Shown one piece after another: positions 1-9,306 of a DNA stretch of 64,000 nt (the first letter of the stretch is position 1; each line of letters opens with the position of its first letter). Made by a program: the position numbers and the translations under genes. The stretch is from Wickerhamiella versatilis (Eukaryota). Under the pieces are notes generated by a model that was not told where the DNA came from, did not search any database, and worked only from the letters and a program-made list of their open reading frames with translations. Where the stretch lies: NCBI GenBank assembly GCA_030867685.1, contig JAQOWU010000003.1, positions 868,001 through 932,000 of the forward strand, written 5' to 3'.

Positions 1-112
1 TGTTGAGAAATATGCCCGGGGATCTAACATCCAAGATAATACCTCTGGTAATGAGTCGGAAATGTCCTCCCTTGAGGATATGAGTGACGATAATCTGGGC
101 ATGTCCGACTAA
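1..112 (+). CDS. 3' end of a CDS entering the window (acidic tail), product unknown
   Basis: The frame starting at base 2 is open (VEKYARGSNIQDNTSGNESEMSSLEDMSDDNLGMSD) up to TAA at 110-112. Confidence 0.5.
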   Translation, partial: VEKYARGSNIQDNTSGNESEMSSLEDMSDDNLGMSD

Positions 113-152
113 ATGGATGTCCCACATGTAACCCTTACCCTTGTATATTGAA

Positions 153-428
153 ATGATCGTAACGACAAATGATTGCACATGGTACACGCCATGGTGCCCA
201 ACGAAGCCACAGAAAGCATATCTACGTCTTTCCAATGAGGCTGAACCTGTTGACTACGCGGAGCCTCGCATGGCACCTTTTCCTCCCCTTCCGGAGCCTG
301 TACTGCCTCAGACTCGCGCACACGTTGATCGCCGCAGACAATACCTCACAACATCTTATAGTCCAAGCTCCAGGACTCACAGATTTGTGCAAGTGGCTGC
401 AGAAAGTCCTGAGGGTGGTTGTTGTTAG
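153..428 (+). CDS. Possible small hypothetical protein (91 aa, ends GGCC)
   Basis: ATG at 153; open to TAG at 426-428, followed by TATATATA and AATAAA 3'-end-like signals. No recognisable domain. Confidence 0.3.
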   Translation: MIVTTNDCTWYTPWCPTKPQKAYLRLSNEAEPVDYAEPRMAPFPPLPEPVLPQTRAHVDRRRQYLTTSYSPSSRTHRFVQVAAESPEGGCC

Positions 429-512
429 GCTATAAATACTTCGAGAGGAATTATATATATACGTATAAAATAAATATAGATGTTGATGCTTCAATGGGTT
501 GGATGAATCAGT

Positions 513-2330
513 CTACCAGTGGCGATAGATAATTAGATGATCCCCGTACCTTTGCAAAAACCGTCTGAGGTCGACTCGGGTGATTCCCTCATGCATTATG
601 ATCTGTTCCAAGCAATCTCGACCATTGAAGTACTTTGAAAGTCTCTGAAACATCTCGGCCCAATCAGGGGATTGTGTGGACGCAATATGACTGATCCACT
701 TCTTTTCCAAAAGCGATGCTCTGATCGGATCGAGTATTATGCTCTCTTGCTGTATGTCAACATGAGTTAATGACCCAGAATTGTTCCGCGATGGTTTGCG
801 ATCGTTATTAGGGCGACGCTTGGCAGTATTATCAGTGGCAGTGTCTGCATGCTGCGGAGATTCTTCTGTTTCCTTCGGTTTCGACTCATCCTCTTGATCA
901 GCGTCTTCTATCATTTGGTGGAGAACGGTCAATTTTACTTTACGAGATGCCAAAATAACACAAAACGTCTGAAGATGAACCACGATATCATGCTGTAAAA
1001 GCCACGCCAATACGCGCATATAAATATCACGATGATCGCGGCTAGGTACGTGCGCAATATATGGCTGTGGCTTCCCTGTACTGAGTCCTGCTAGAAAGCG
1101 TTGAAGCGGAGGCATCGTGGGAAATAAAAGAGCGTATTGATCAACCAGCTTGGTGATATCCTGAATTGGCGCTAATGGGCTTATCCCATACACATGTCTA
1201 TGATGGAGGGGAATGATGATACGAGCACGTCTCCAATAAACTAAGGAATAAGCCAAGTTGACTATTTCCTTGATATCTATAGAGGCCTCGTTAGCTATGG
1301 CAGCCAGCGATGAGGTAGGTTGGATGCTCCGAATCATTGCTGCAACCGGACCTTGCGAATCGACATCGATTTCTTGAACAATAGCCTCAGGATCATCAAG
1401 TAACAAGAGACCGTAGCTCTCCACACATTCAGGCCCTATCTCTTTACCTGGTAGACCTGCAGTACTTAAGTATGATCCACGGTGATACTTCTGAGTGGGA
1501 AGAGGTAGGCGATTAAGCTCAAGCTGAACAGGGATTTCAAGCGCGCGTGCTCGATTGCCCACCTGCAAGCGTGCTATTCCACCGCTAACTATAGCATCAT
1601 ACAAAACGTGGAAGGCTCTAGCAAGTTCCGATTCGGTTTCAATAGCTTTTTGAACAGTATCAGTAGGCTGATCGGCGAGTTCTTCTCGAATCCTCAATAT
1701 TTTGGACGCCTCTTCCCATACGTAATTGCGAGAAGCTTGCTCGTGTCGTAACATTCGTGCAAATGGTGCGACAATAAACAATTGCTGGTTTTTAACAGCC
1801 TCTTTTGCTCGAGTTATGGGCGGATCTATGACTGCGCATACGTGGAACATGGTCATCGGACAATCCTGCTCATTGATATCGATTGGAGTATGGCTCTTCG
1901 AGCGTCGCCAAGACCCATCTTCGTGAACATGTACAGGAATCCCTACAAATATTATATCATCGACAAACAGTTCAAACGGCCTATTACTCAATTGCTTCGG
2001 GGGACAGAGCATTTCAGCCAAGAAGTCACGGTCAAACCCAAAGGCTTTCCGATCATCAACATTTAGAGTGGGTTGAATAGGCTCAGCTTTTTTCTTGTTC
2101 TGAAGTTTGTCAAATATATTCTCTCGAGCAGTGATAGAAACTATACTTTCTTCATCTTCCTCGAAATCACTCCACGCCAGACTGCTGTCACTCTCATTGA
2201 AATCCTCGTGTTTATTCTCTTCGGTTTCCTCTGTATCGGATTTCCTCGAGGGAGGTGTGTAGTGATAAACATATTGAGGTCCAGAATGTGTAGAGAGAAC
2301 AAGAACAAGACCAGACAAGAAGGAGTCCAT
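513..2330 (-). CDS. NPR3: Nitrogen permease regulator 3 (SEACIT/GATOR1 subunit)
   Basis: N-terminal LVLSTHSGPQYVYHYTP; FGFDRDFLAEMLCPP; FELFVDDIIFVGIPVH; LVYWRRARIIIPLH; C-terminal KYFNG...RHW. Confidence 0.9.
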   Translation of the reverse strand: MDSFLSGLVLVLSTHSGPQYVYHYTPPSRKSDTEETEENKHEDFNESDSSLAWSDFEEDEESIVSITARENIFDKLQNKKKAEPIQPTLNVDDRKAFGFDRDFLAEMLCPPKQLSNRPFELFVDDIIFVGIPVHVHEDGSWRRSKSHTPIDINEQDCPMTMFHVCAVIDPPITRAKEAVKNQQLFIVAPFARMLRHEQASRNYVWEEASKILRIREELADQPTDTVQKAIETESELARAFHVLYDAIVSGGIARLQVGNRARALEIPVQLELNRLPLPTQKYHRGSYLSTAGLPGKEIGPECVESYGLLLLDDPEAIVQEIDVDSQGPVAAMIRSIQPTSSLAAIANEASIDIKEIVNLAYSLVYWRRARIIIPLHHRHVYGISPLAPIQDITKLVDQYALLFPTMPPLQRFLAGLSTGKPQPYIAHVPSRDHRDIYMRVLAWLLQHDIVVHLQTFCVILASRKVKLTVLHQMIEDADQEDESKPKETEESPQHADTATDNTAKRRPNNDRKPSRNNSGSLTHVDIQQESIILDPIRASLLEKKWISHIASTQSPDWAEMFQRLSKYFNGRDCLEQIIMHEGITRVDLRRFLQRYGDHLIIYRHW

Positions 2331-2642
2331 CGAGTACTTTGTCAGCTGGGGAATCTCATGGCTTAACTTTCAAGTCAAGCAATTTTTGGATAGCCAAATT
2401 ATTTATATTAGAGTATGTGTATTAAATTACTTGATTATGCTGACCCTAAAGCACCTTAAACTTAACAGAAAATCATCTTTTTAAGCGCTGGGTTACTTGC
2501 ATGATACAACTGCAAGACAGGTTGGACAATGGAATACAGCCTAGCTGGCTTGGCTGGAACTCTCAAATATCAAAATTTGGGTGTTGAATGATGAATTTTA
2601 TACGTTTAGCTGCCATCTAAATTGACCCATTAGATGTCAGTA

Positions 2643-3629
2643 CTACTGTTCACTGATATGCTTTAGATACTCTTCCAATCTTTGGGATACATCACACCCA
2701 TTCCACAAATTATTGGTAGCATCGTATACTGGAAGACCTGTTTGCTCAATGATAAATGAAGAAGCAACACTTGCTTTCGCCATTGCAAGATCCCAGTCTG
2801 TCGGGTTTTCTGCTAGTGCTGCTCCTAAGCCACCTAGAAAAGAATTACCACCTCCAGCAGGATCTTTGACGTTTTCCTGATTACTATGATAAGCAGGGTA
2901 CCATTTAAATTGTCTACTGGGGCTTCTCAGCAGACTGCCTCTCGCTCCACAGCGAAGTACAAGCCAACCCTGAAAGTCATTGTAATGATCCATTAAGAGC
3001 TGTTCTGGATTGCCGCTTTCGAAATTAAGACCAACAAACAATCCAGCTTCCAAAAGATTGGGACTGAATATCTGAACACTATTCCAGACTCTCTTTACGT
3101 GACCCCACTGTTCAGCCTTGCACGAAGTCTCAACTGGTTCCCACACACTGATAGCATCAGCCGAGATATTTTTTGTAAATTCTTCGCATCTATCGGGTGC
3201 ACATATTATATGAAAAACTTTACTTCGAGGCAACTCTTGGGGAGTGACCTGTAATTTTGGTGTAAGATACTCAAAGTAGCGTTCCTGCATCAACCCAAAT
3301 ACATTTAAAGCTCGAGTAGTCTTTCTTTCCGGTGTATCGCGCCATAATATCCCCAAATTATACTGCTTAAGTTGTTGCTCACACTCTACCGGAAAGTCGG
3401 ACCCTTTATCAACAACAAATCCCATTCGTGGTCTTTCCTGTCGAGTTGAGACTAACCCAGCGCCCACAGTAGCGTACGTCCCAGCTCCCCCAATTTTGCC
3501 AGTTTCCCTTCTACCATCTGGATAAATGATATCATCAAGAATAAACATTCCCATCGAGAAAAAAAGCATTGGGGATGGCATATTGTTCGATGAAAGATTT
3601 TTGTTTTCCTGTGTAACCTTCTCACTCAT
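2643..3629 (-). CDS. MAK32: PfkB/ribokinase-like protein, Mak32 family
   Basis: MGMFILDDI, IGGAGTYA, VDKGSDFP, DPAGGGNSFLGG, ASFIIEQTGLP motifs. Confidence 0.8.
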   Translation of the reverse strand: MSEKVTQENKNLSSNNMPSPMLFFSMGMFILDDIIYPDGRRETGKIGGAGTYATVGAGLVSTRQERPRMGFVVDKGSDFPVECEQQLKQYNLGILWRDTPERKTTRALNVFGLMQERYFEYLTPKLQVTPQELPRSKVFHIICAPDRCEEFTKNISADAISVWEPVETSCKAEQWGHVKRVWNSVQIFSPNLLEAGLFVGLNFESGNPEQLLMDHYNDFQGWLVLRCGARGSLLRSPSRQFKWYPAYHSNQENVKDPAGGGNSFLGGLGAALAENPTDWDLAMAKASVASSFIIEQTGLPVYDATNNLWNGCDVSQRLEEYLKHISEQ

Positions 3630-3859
3630 ATTATAAACACAGGACTTATATCAATTCAACCATAAATTGCTCTAAGCGTGACACAAAGCGTCAGCTACAC
3701 AACTTGGATTGTGTAATCAAATGTATCGTCAAGGAATTACCCTAGCCCTGTTGCTAGAAAAGAAGGGGATGATTCATCTTGAAAAAACCAAAATTCTACA
3801 GTATAGCTTTGCAGAAAGGGGACTTACTGCTAGGATATGCTGTAAGTTAGTTACAGGAT

Positions 3860-3977
3860 AGTCTATGATGATTTACTTCGCTGTGCACCAGTCCGAAAGT
3901 CGTGGCGTGTGGGTCTTGGTTTTCCCTTCGCACCTCGACAGGCCTGTGGAAATCTTCACCCTCTTATATCTGAGACT
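3860..3977 (+). ncRNA. snR40: Box C/D snoRNA, snR40-like (18S Gm1271/Gm562 guide)
   Basis: Box C ATGATGA 3865-3871; guide GCTGTGCACCAGT 3880-3892 matches the snR40 guide as I recall it and pairs with 18S UGGUGCAUGGC; D' CCGA 3893-3896; internal hairpin; C'-like TGTGGA 3945-3950; box D CTGA 3970-3973; terminal stem AGTC/GACT. Confidence 0.8.
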
Positions 3978-4145
3978 TCCCTTATAGACATATCGAATTT
4001 AGCATTATATACATATGAAACGAGGGCTTTGAACAACTCATAGTGCGGCAGTACAGTAAAGTAGAGTGAAGCAACTGGAAAGATATCGCAGTAACTTATT
4101 CTAAAATTAAACATATCTTATGATTTTTTACCGCGATTATAACGT

Positions 4146-5249
4146 TCATTTTTTAGCTTTCTTTCCTGAAGGTTGCGATTTCTCGGGGGTCTGGCGTTTA
4201 GTAGGTTTGAAAAAATCGGTAAGCCGCCCTTGAGGAGCCTGAGACGACCCTTTCGATAACTTTGCCGCACCTGCTTTCACACGATCTTCGCTGAAGCCTT
4301 TCTCTTTAACCAAAAAGTCAACAAGACCCTGAATATTCGGTGGTGTCCATTTGAGGTTACAATCGTCTGCTTTAATGACTTCGGGGGTGAAAAACAATAC
4401 ACGAACCTCTTTGTAGGGAAAATCATCTGGTATTTGGAGCTTACCGCCCTTCTTTCGCAATGAACTTTGAATTGCTTCAATAGAATGATGCTCTTTTATT
4501 AAATTCCATGCAGTTCGCGGGCCCATACCTCTAACTGGCTCGCAGTAATCACATCCTAATAAGATGCATAAGTCCACAAACTCGTCATAACTGAGTTCCA
4601 TCTGCTCCAGGGCTTTCGACAGTGTGACCTCCACAATCGGCTGCTTTTTCTGGTCCCCCGCAGTTAGATGCCGAAGCATGTGTGGTGCACCAAATGTCAG
4701 CGTATCCATATCTTCCGAGGCGGCTGCCCATACTTTTCCTTGTTTAGCCAATGCCGCACAAGTAGCCTCTGCTTCACCGGGTGCTTCGATTACAGGAACA
4801 CCCATTAGCTTTAGCAATCTCTTTGCCTCTTCATTTTGCTCTCTGGAAACAGTCACCGTACGACGCTCTAGTTTCTCGATTTCCTCTGTAGTTCCTGTTT
4901 CCTTTATCTCTTCTCTGGCCTTTTCCGCCTTTTCACGTGCGTCAAGACGCTTCTTCAACTCATCGCCCTTGAGCTCTGGAGGCTTTCCGTCAAACACATA
5001 AACTGGCTTGAGACCATTTTCTATTATGCGAATTGTCCTATAGAACATTCCAATGAGATGAGAGGTTGCTTCTCCACTGTCAGATGTTAACTGGAGCCCA
5101 TCATTCTGTCGCACCGCTATCAGGAATTGATAAAGTGACATGGATGCATCTATCGCAACTTTTCTGCCACCGAGCATTTTCCAGTCTGTAATTTTCACGG
5201 CCGCAGGTGCATTATCCGACAATACCTTAAATAGACCTTTAATACCCAT
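4146..5249 (-). CDS. RAD27: Flap endonuclease 1
   Basis: MGIKGL, GRKVAIDASMSLYQFLIAVR, EAEATCA, SEDMDTL, LLGCDY; PIP box QGRLTDFF. Confidence 0.98.
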   Translation of the reverse strand: MGIKGLFKVLSDNAPAAVKITDWKMLGGRKVAIDASMSLYQFLIAVRQNDGLQLTSDSGEATSHLIGMFYRTIRIIENGLKPVYVFDGKPPELKGDELKKRLDAREKAEKAREEIKETGTTEEIEKLERRTVTVSREQNEEAKRLLKLMGVPVIEAPGEAEATCAALAKQGKVWAAASEDMDTLTFGAPHMLRHLTAGDQKKQPIVEVTLSKALEQMELSYDEFVDLCILLGCDYCEPVRGMGPRTAWNLIKEHHSIEAIQSSLRKKGGKLQIPDDFPYKEVRVLFFTPEVIKADDCNLKWTPPNIQGLVDFLVKEKGFSEDRVKAGAAKLSKGSSQAPQGRLTDFFKPTKRQTPEKSQPSGKKAKK

Positions 5250-5256
5250 TTCTTAC

Positions 5257-5270
5257 ACGCGCGACGCGAG
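5257..5270. promoter_or_regulatory. MCB-like (ACGCG/CGCG) elements directly upstream of RAD27
   Basis: ACGCGCGACGCGAG lies 7 bp upstream of the ATG of a G1/S gene. Confidence 0.55.
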
Positions 5271-5311
5271 CCTTAATAATAGAGGGTGATTAAAGTACAC
5301 TCGAGATAGGG

Positions 5312-5881
5312 TCAGTGTAATGTTATAGTTAGGTCTGAGTTGGAACTTGTCGTAATAGTCTCTGAAATGCTCGTCGCTGATGGTCTGGCGCTCATTATTT
5401 CATGATTGGAGCTCCTACTGGAAGTACCTGCATTGTCGACCTTCGGTTCTGTGGTTAAAGAGTCAATTCTCTCCGCGTCGATATCTAATTGATTTGTGTT
5501 GGAATAATTGCCAAACATTTGTGAAATGGTTCGAAGGTTTGACGAGAGAAGCTTCATTTCTGGTGAACTTTCGCCATTACTTGTAACTGAATTTTCTAGG
5601 AGAGCTTGAACACTCCTGTCCACCGAGTCAACAAAAGGTTGCACCTGTAGGCCGGATGTGTCGATATTAGCTGCTTTGCCAAGGCCATCTTCGTCTGGGG
5701 ACATGTATGAAGTCACGGCTTCCAGCTGATTGTTGACTTTCTGAGCAACTAAAACAGCGTCATTCGGCAAGGATTCATCATTGAGGTTCTTTATCACAGT
5801 GGAGAGTTTCTGTTGGAATTCGGACGTTCCCACGGTGATTTTGGCCACTACAGCACCCAGGAGAAAAAAAGTAGTGAGCAT
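5312..5881 (-). CDS. Hypothetical secreted protein with Ser/Thr-rich tail
   Basis: Signal-peptide-like MLTTFFLLGAVVA; 189-aa ORF; S/T-rich C-terminus. Confidence 0.65.
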   Translation of the reverse strand: MLTTFFLLGAVVAKITVGTSEFQQKLSTVIKNLNDESLPNDAVLVAQKVNNQLEAVTSYMSPDEDGLGKAANIDTSGLQVQPFVDSVDRSVQALLENSVTSNGESSPEMKLLSSNLRTISQMFGNYSNTNQLDIDAERIDSLTTEPKVDNAGTSSRSSNHEIMSARPSATSISETITTSSNSDLTITLH

Positions 5882-6142
5882 GGAAATTGTCCCTGTAAAG
5901 GCAAGCAGAGTTTATATCTCCCACAGCATAAAGTTCTGGTTAGGAATACTGGGGTAGCCGACCAAATCCAAACGCGTAAATTTAAAGCTAGAATTGAGAA
6001 CACAAAAGGCTATGTGAAATAGAACTTTCAGAAGGAATCTTGCGCTAAAATATTTAGATAGCTACAATTACATTGCACTAAAGTGCTATAAAGACCAGCG
6101 TCATATCCCTTAAAATCAAAATTGTGTATTGCATAAGCAAGC

Positions 6143-9037
6143 ATGTTTGGGTCGAACAATGCGTTTGGCTCCGGCGGCGCGTTTGGTCAGAGCCAGCCGC
6201 AGCAAAATACATCTCCATTTGGCGGTGGTTTAGGATCTACTTTCGGTGGTGGCTCGACATTTGGCACAACGTCGACCGCCCCAAAATTTGGGACTCAGCC
6301 TACCGGTTCAGTTTTTGGCTCTAATACAGGCTTTGGTTCGACTAATACTGGATTGGGAGGTTCTAATGGCTCCTTGTTCGGGCAAAAACCGGCAGCTCCT
6401 GTTTTCGGCTCTCCAGGAAATGCCGTCTCTGGGTTTGGATCTCAGCAAATTCGAGAAGGAACTGGTCATACGCCGTTCCGCGCTAGAGCCGAAGCTGATG
6501 TCGCGGATTCCTCCAAGACCGACTATTTTCAAAGTATCTCGTGTATGCCAGAGTATTCTCACTGGTGCCATGATGAGCTTCGGTGGCAGGACTATCAAGC
6601 AAACCGTAAAGGCCCGCAGGCGGGTACAGCAGCTACCACTGCCTTTGGTTCGTTTGGAGCCGCCCCCACCAATGCAAGCTCACCTTTCGGTGGTAGCAAG
6701 CCGGCTTTTGGGTCTGGCGCCGGTACCGGCACTTCAGCTTTTGGCCAGTCTAATCTAGGGAACAGCGGGGGCTTATTTGGCTCAAATACGGCAAACAATA
6801 ATACTTCTACATTTGGTAGCCCTTTTGGACAGAAAACTGGTACAGGCTTTGGATTTGGATCCAACAATTCTGGGTCCACATTCGGCTCCAATAACACAGC
6901 GAACAACACTAATACATTTGGCTCATCAACTGGAAGTGTATTCGGACAGCCACAGAATACGGGATTTGGCAGTAATGCTTTTGGTAGCGGTGGAGGCGGT
7001 GCCTTTGGGCAGTCACAAAATCAGAATCAAGGCAGCGGTGTTGGTTTTGGTTTTGGTTCTAATACTGGTGGTTTTGGCCAGCCTTCAGGCACTGGGTCTG
7101 GCTTTGGATCAGCGCAGAATAATAACTCAGTATTTGGAGGCTCTGCATTCGGACAAAATAGTAACCAAAACCAGAATCCGACCCCTGCATTCGGAGCATC
7201 TACGGGGTCTTCTTTGTTTGGCCAAAATCAAAATTCGGGCTCGTCTGGTGGTTTATTTGGCTCAAAACCTGCGAGCAATACTGGTACAGGGCTTTTCGGT
7301 CAAAGCCAACCTCAAAACACTGGTGGTAGTTTATTTGGCCAAACCAGCCAGCCCACTGGCGGCCTCTTCGGTCAGAATCAGACGCCAAATAATACTGGTG
7401 GAGGTCTTTTTGGGCAAAACCAGGGAAACTCTACCACGGGTGGCAGTCTCTTTGGCCAACCCAGCCAGCCCACTGGCGGCCTCTTCGGTCAAAATCAAAA
7501 CAATAACACCAGTGCCCCTTTCGGAGCAAGTAGTGGTACTACCTCTGGCGGATTATTCGGTCAGAATACAAATACTGGTAACACTAACCCAATTGGTGGG
7601 CTCAATGGCCAAACTAACCAAACTAATACGAGTGGCGGAGGTTTGTTTGGTTCGAAGCCCGCTAGTGGATTTGGGCAGACAAATACAGCTACTAACACTG
7701 GTGGGATTTTTGGGCAAAACAATAATAGCACAAATAATAGCGGTTCCGGTCTTTTTGGATCGTCAGCCACGAGCCAGCCAAGTCAGCCAAGTCAGGGAGG
7801 GGGCGGACTGTTTGGCCAAAACCAAAACAACTCTTCTTCTGGTGGACTCTTTGGGGCTAAGCCCGCAGGTGGGGGATTATTTGGCTCTACCACTCCCCAA
7901 CCTAGTCAAAGCAGTGGGGGTCTCTTCGGGTCAAAACCGTCTACAGGTACCGGTGGCCTCTTTGGTTCTGGGTCAAACACCCAGCCAGGTGCCAGTGGTA
8001 TAGGCTCGTTTGGGTCACAACAAAATACAACGCAGACTCCTAGTCTCCAAGGCGGGGGTGGTCTGTTCGGCCAAAAGCCAGCACAACCACAATCCACCTC
8101 CTTGTTCCAGAACTCTGCGCAGCAGCCGACAGGTCCAGCACAAGGAATACAGCAGCAACCAAAATTAGTTGCTTCTATAGATCAAAATCCTTACGGTACA
8201 AACCCGTTGTTCAATATGACACCTCAGTCTCAAGCTAATCAATCACAGGAACCCAAGGCAACTCCAGTTGCACCTGTACCTGAATCACCGCGGACTGGGT
8301 TGCTCCTTGCTTCGACATTAAGGCCGCGGTCTCTTGGAGACCCGAAACCGGCGCGTCGAAGATCTTCGGGTCATGTGAAACAGATTGCGGACTCAAAACC
8401 GGCCCATACGACCCCACAAAGTGCATTATATTCATCTTCGGCGGATGACATGATTTTAAACTCTGATGCTTTCGCCCCGAGGGCTCGCTTAACTGCGCCA
8501 GAGACGCCGCCGCCGGAGCCCGAACCCAAAGCACTGTCTACCCCTACAAAGGAACCTGTGACGAAGCCAAAGGAGAGTGAATTACCTGATAATGAGATTA
8601 TTGACTCAAATGGTTATTGGATGTCACCTGCAGCCTATAGTCTGGAAAGCATGACCGTACACGAGTTAAGACATGTTCGGGGCTTTCGCGTTGGACATCA
8701 TGAATACGGTTTCGTGGAATTTAATGAGCCTGTAGACTTGAGCAATTTCAGTGACATACCAAAGCAAGTGCCTGGACGCATTATTGTATTTGGGGATCGC
8801 GCCTTCACATTGTATCCCAATGAATCTGAAAGACCAGCAAAAGGCATTGGATTTAATATTTCAGGAACTGTCACTCTTTATAATGTCTATGCTCGTAGTC
8901 GTGATACACATGAGCCAGTAAAAGATCCACAGTCACCTATTTGCGCAAAATTTGTTCAGCGCCTTAAAACTAAGGCAAACTTTATATCATGGGACGCCTA
9001 CACTGGAACATTTACTTTTAGCATCACACCCACCTGA
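6143..9037 (+). CDS. NUP116: GLFG nucleoporin, Nup98/Nup116-like
   Basis: FG/GLFG repeats; GLEBS (FQSISCMPEYSHWCHDELRWQDY); linker motif IDQNPYGTNPLF; C-terminal Nup98-type domain (YWMSP...YGFVEFNEPVDL...FISWDAYTGTFTF) without HFS. Confidence 0.85.
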   Translation: MFGSNNAFGSGGAFGQSQPQQNTSPFGGGLGSTFGGGSTFGTTSTAPKFGTQPTGSVFGSNTGFGSTNTGLGGSNGSLFGQKPAAPVFGSPGNAVSGFGSQQIREGTGHTPFRARAEADVADSSKTDYFQSISCMPEYSHWCHDELRWQDYQANRKGPQAGTAATTAFGSFGAAPTNASSPFGGSKPAFGSGAGTGTSAFGQSNLGNSGGLFGSNTANNNTSTFGSPFGQKTGTGFGFGSNNSGSTFGSNNTANNTNTFGSSTGSVFGQPQNTGFGSNAFGSGGGGAFGQSQNQNQGSGVGFGFGSNTGGFGQPSGTGSGFGSAQNNNSVFGGSAFGQNSNQNQNPTPAFGASTGSSLFGQNQNSGSSGGLFGSKPASNTGTGLFGQSQPQNTGGSLFGQTSQPTGGLFGQNQTPNNTGGGLFGQNQGNSTTGGSLFGQPSQPTGGLFGQNQNNNTSAPFGASSGTTSGGLFGQNTNTGNTNPIGGLNGQTNQTNTSGGGLFGSKPASGFGQTNTATNTGGIFGQNNNSTNNSGSGLFGSSATSQPSQPSQGGGGLFGQNQNNSSSGGLFGAKPAGGGLFGSTTPQPSQSSGGLFGSKPSTGTGGLFGSGSNTQPGASGIGSFGSQQNTTQTPSLQGGGGLFGQKPAQPQSTSLFQNSAQQPTGPAQGIQQQPKLVASIDQNPYGTNPLFNMTPQSQANQSQEPKATPVAPVPESPRTGLLLASTLRPRSLGDPKPARRRSSGHVKQIADSKPAHTTPQSALYSSSADDMILNSDAFAPRARLTAPETPPPEPEPKALSTPTKEPVTKPKESELPDNEIIDSNGYWMSPAAYSLESMTVHELRHVRGFRVGHHEYGFVEFNEPVDLSNFSDIPKQVPGRIIVFGDRAFTLYPNESERPAKGIGFNISGTVTLYNVYARSRDTHEPVKDPQSPICAKFVQRLKTKANFISWDAYTGTFTFSITPT
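7334..7497 (+). repeat. 47-bp near-identical direct repeat in the GLFG region
   Basis: 7334-7380 and 7451-7497 differ at 2 of 47 positions and are 117 nt apart (in frame). Confidence 0.9.
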
Positions 9038-9306
9038 TGTAGCATTAGTCCGGTCTATCATGCAAAGGTGAAGCTGATTCCACGTTATAACATTTGGATC
9101 TATTTCTGACAGTACCTGCTAGGCGCCCCTTGCCTTTCTCTCATGGATTTTTCTTGGATTGGAATTCATACAGCAAACTATCTTCTGCTAACCAGAATAT
9201 ATATAGTAAGATATAACTTAGATTAAATGGCTTTTGGTTATTCCTACGACCTATTGTCAATGCATAGGATAATGATGCCACCACCATACTTATTTTTTTA
9301 TGCTAA

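Noticed and set aside
2381-2390. Sm-site-like AATTTTTGGA
   Set aside because: No U1/U2/U4/U5 conserved sequence nearby; it lies in the NPR3 promoter.
6777-8003. 408-aa alternative-frame ORF inside the nucleoporin
   Set aside because: Shadow of the low-complexity G/N/Q/F codon usage in the GLFG region.
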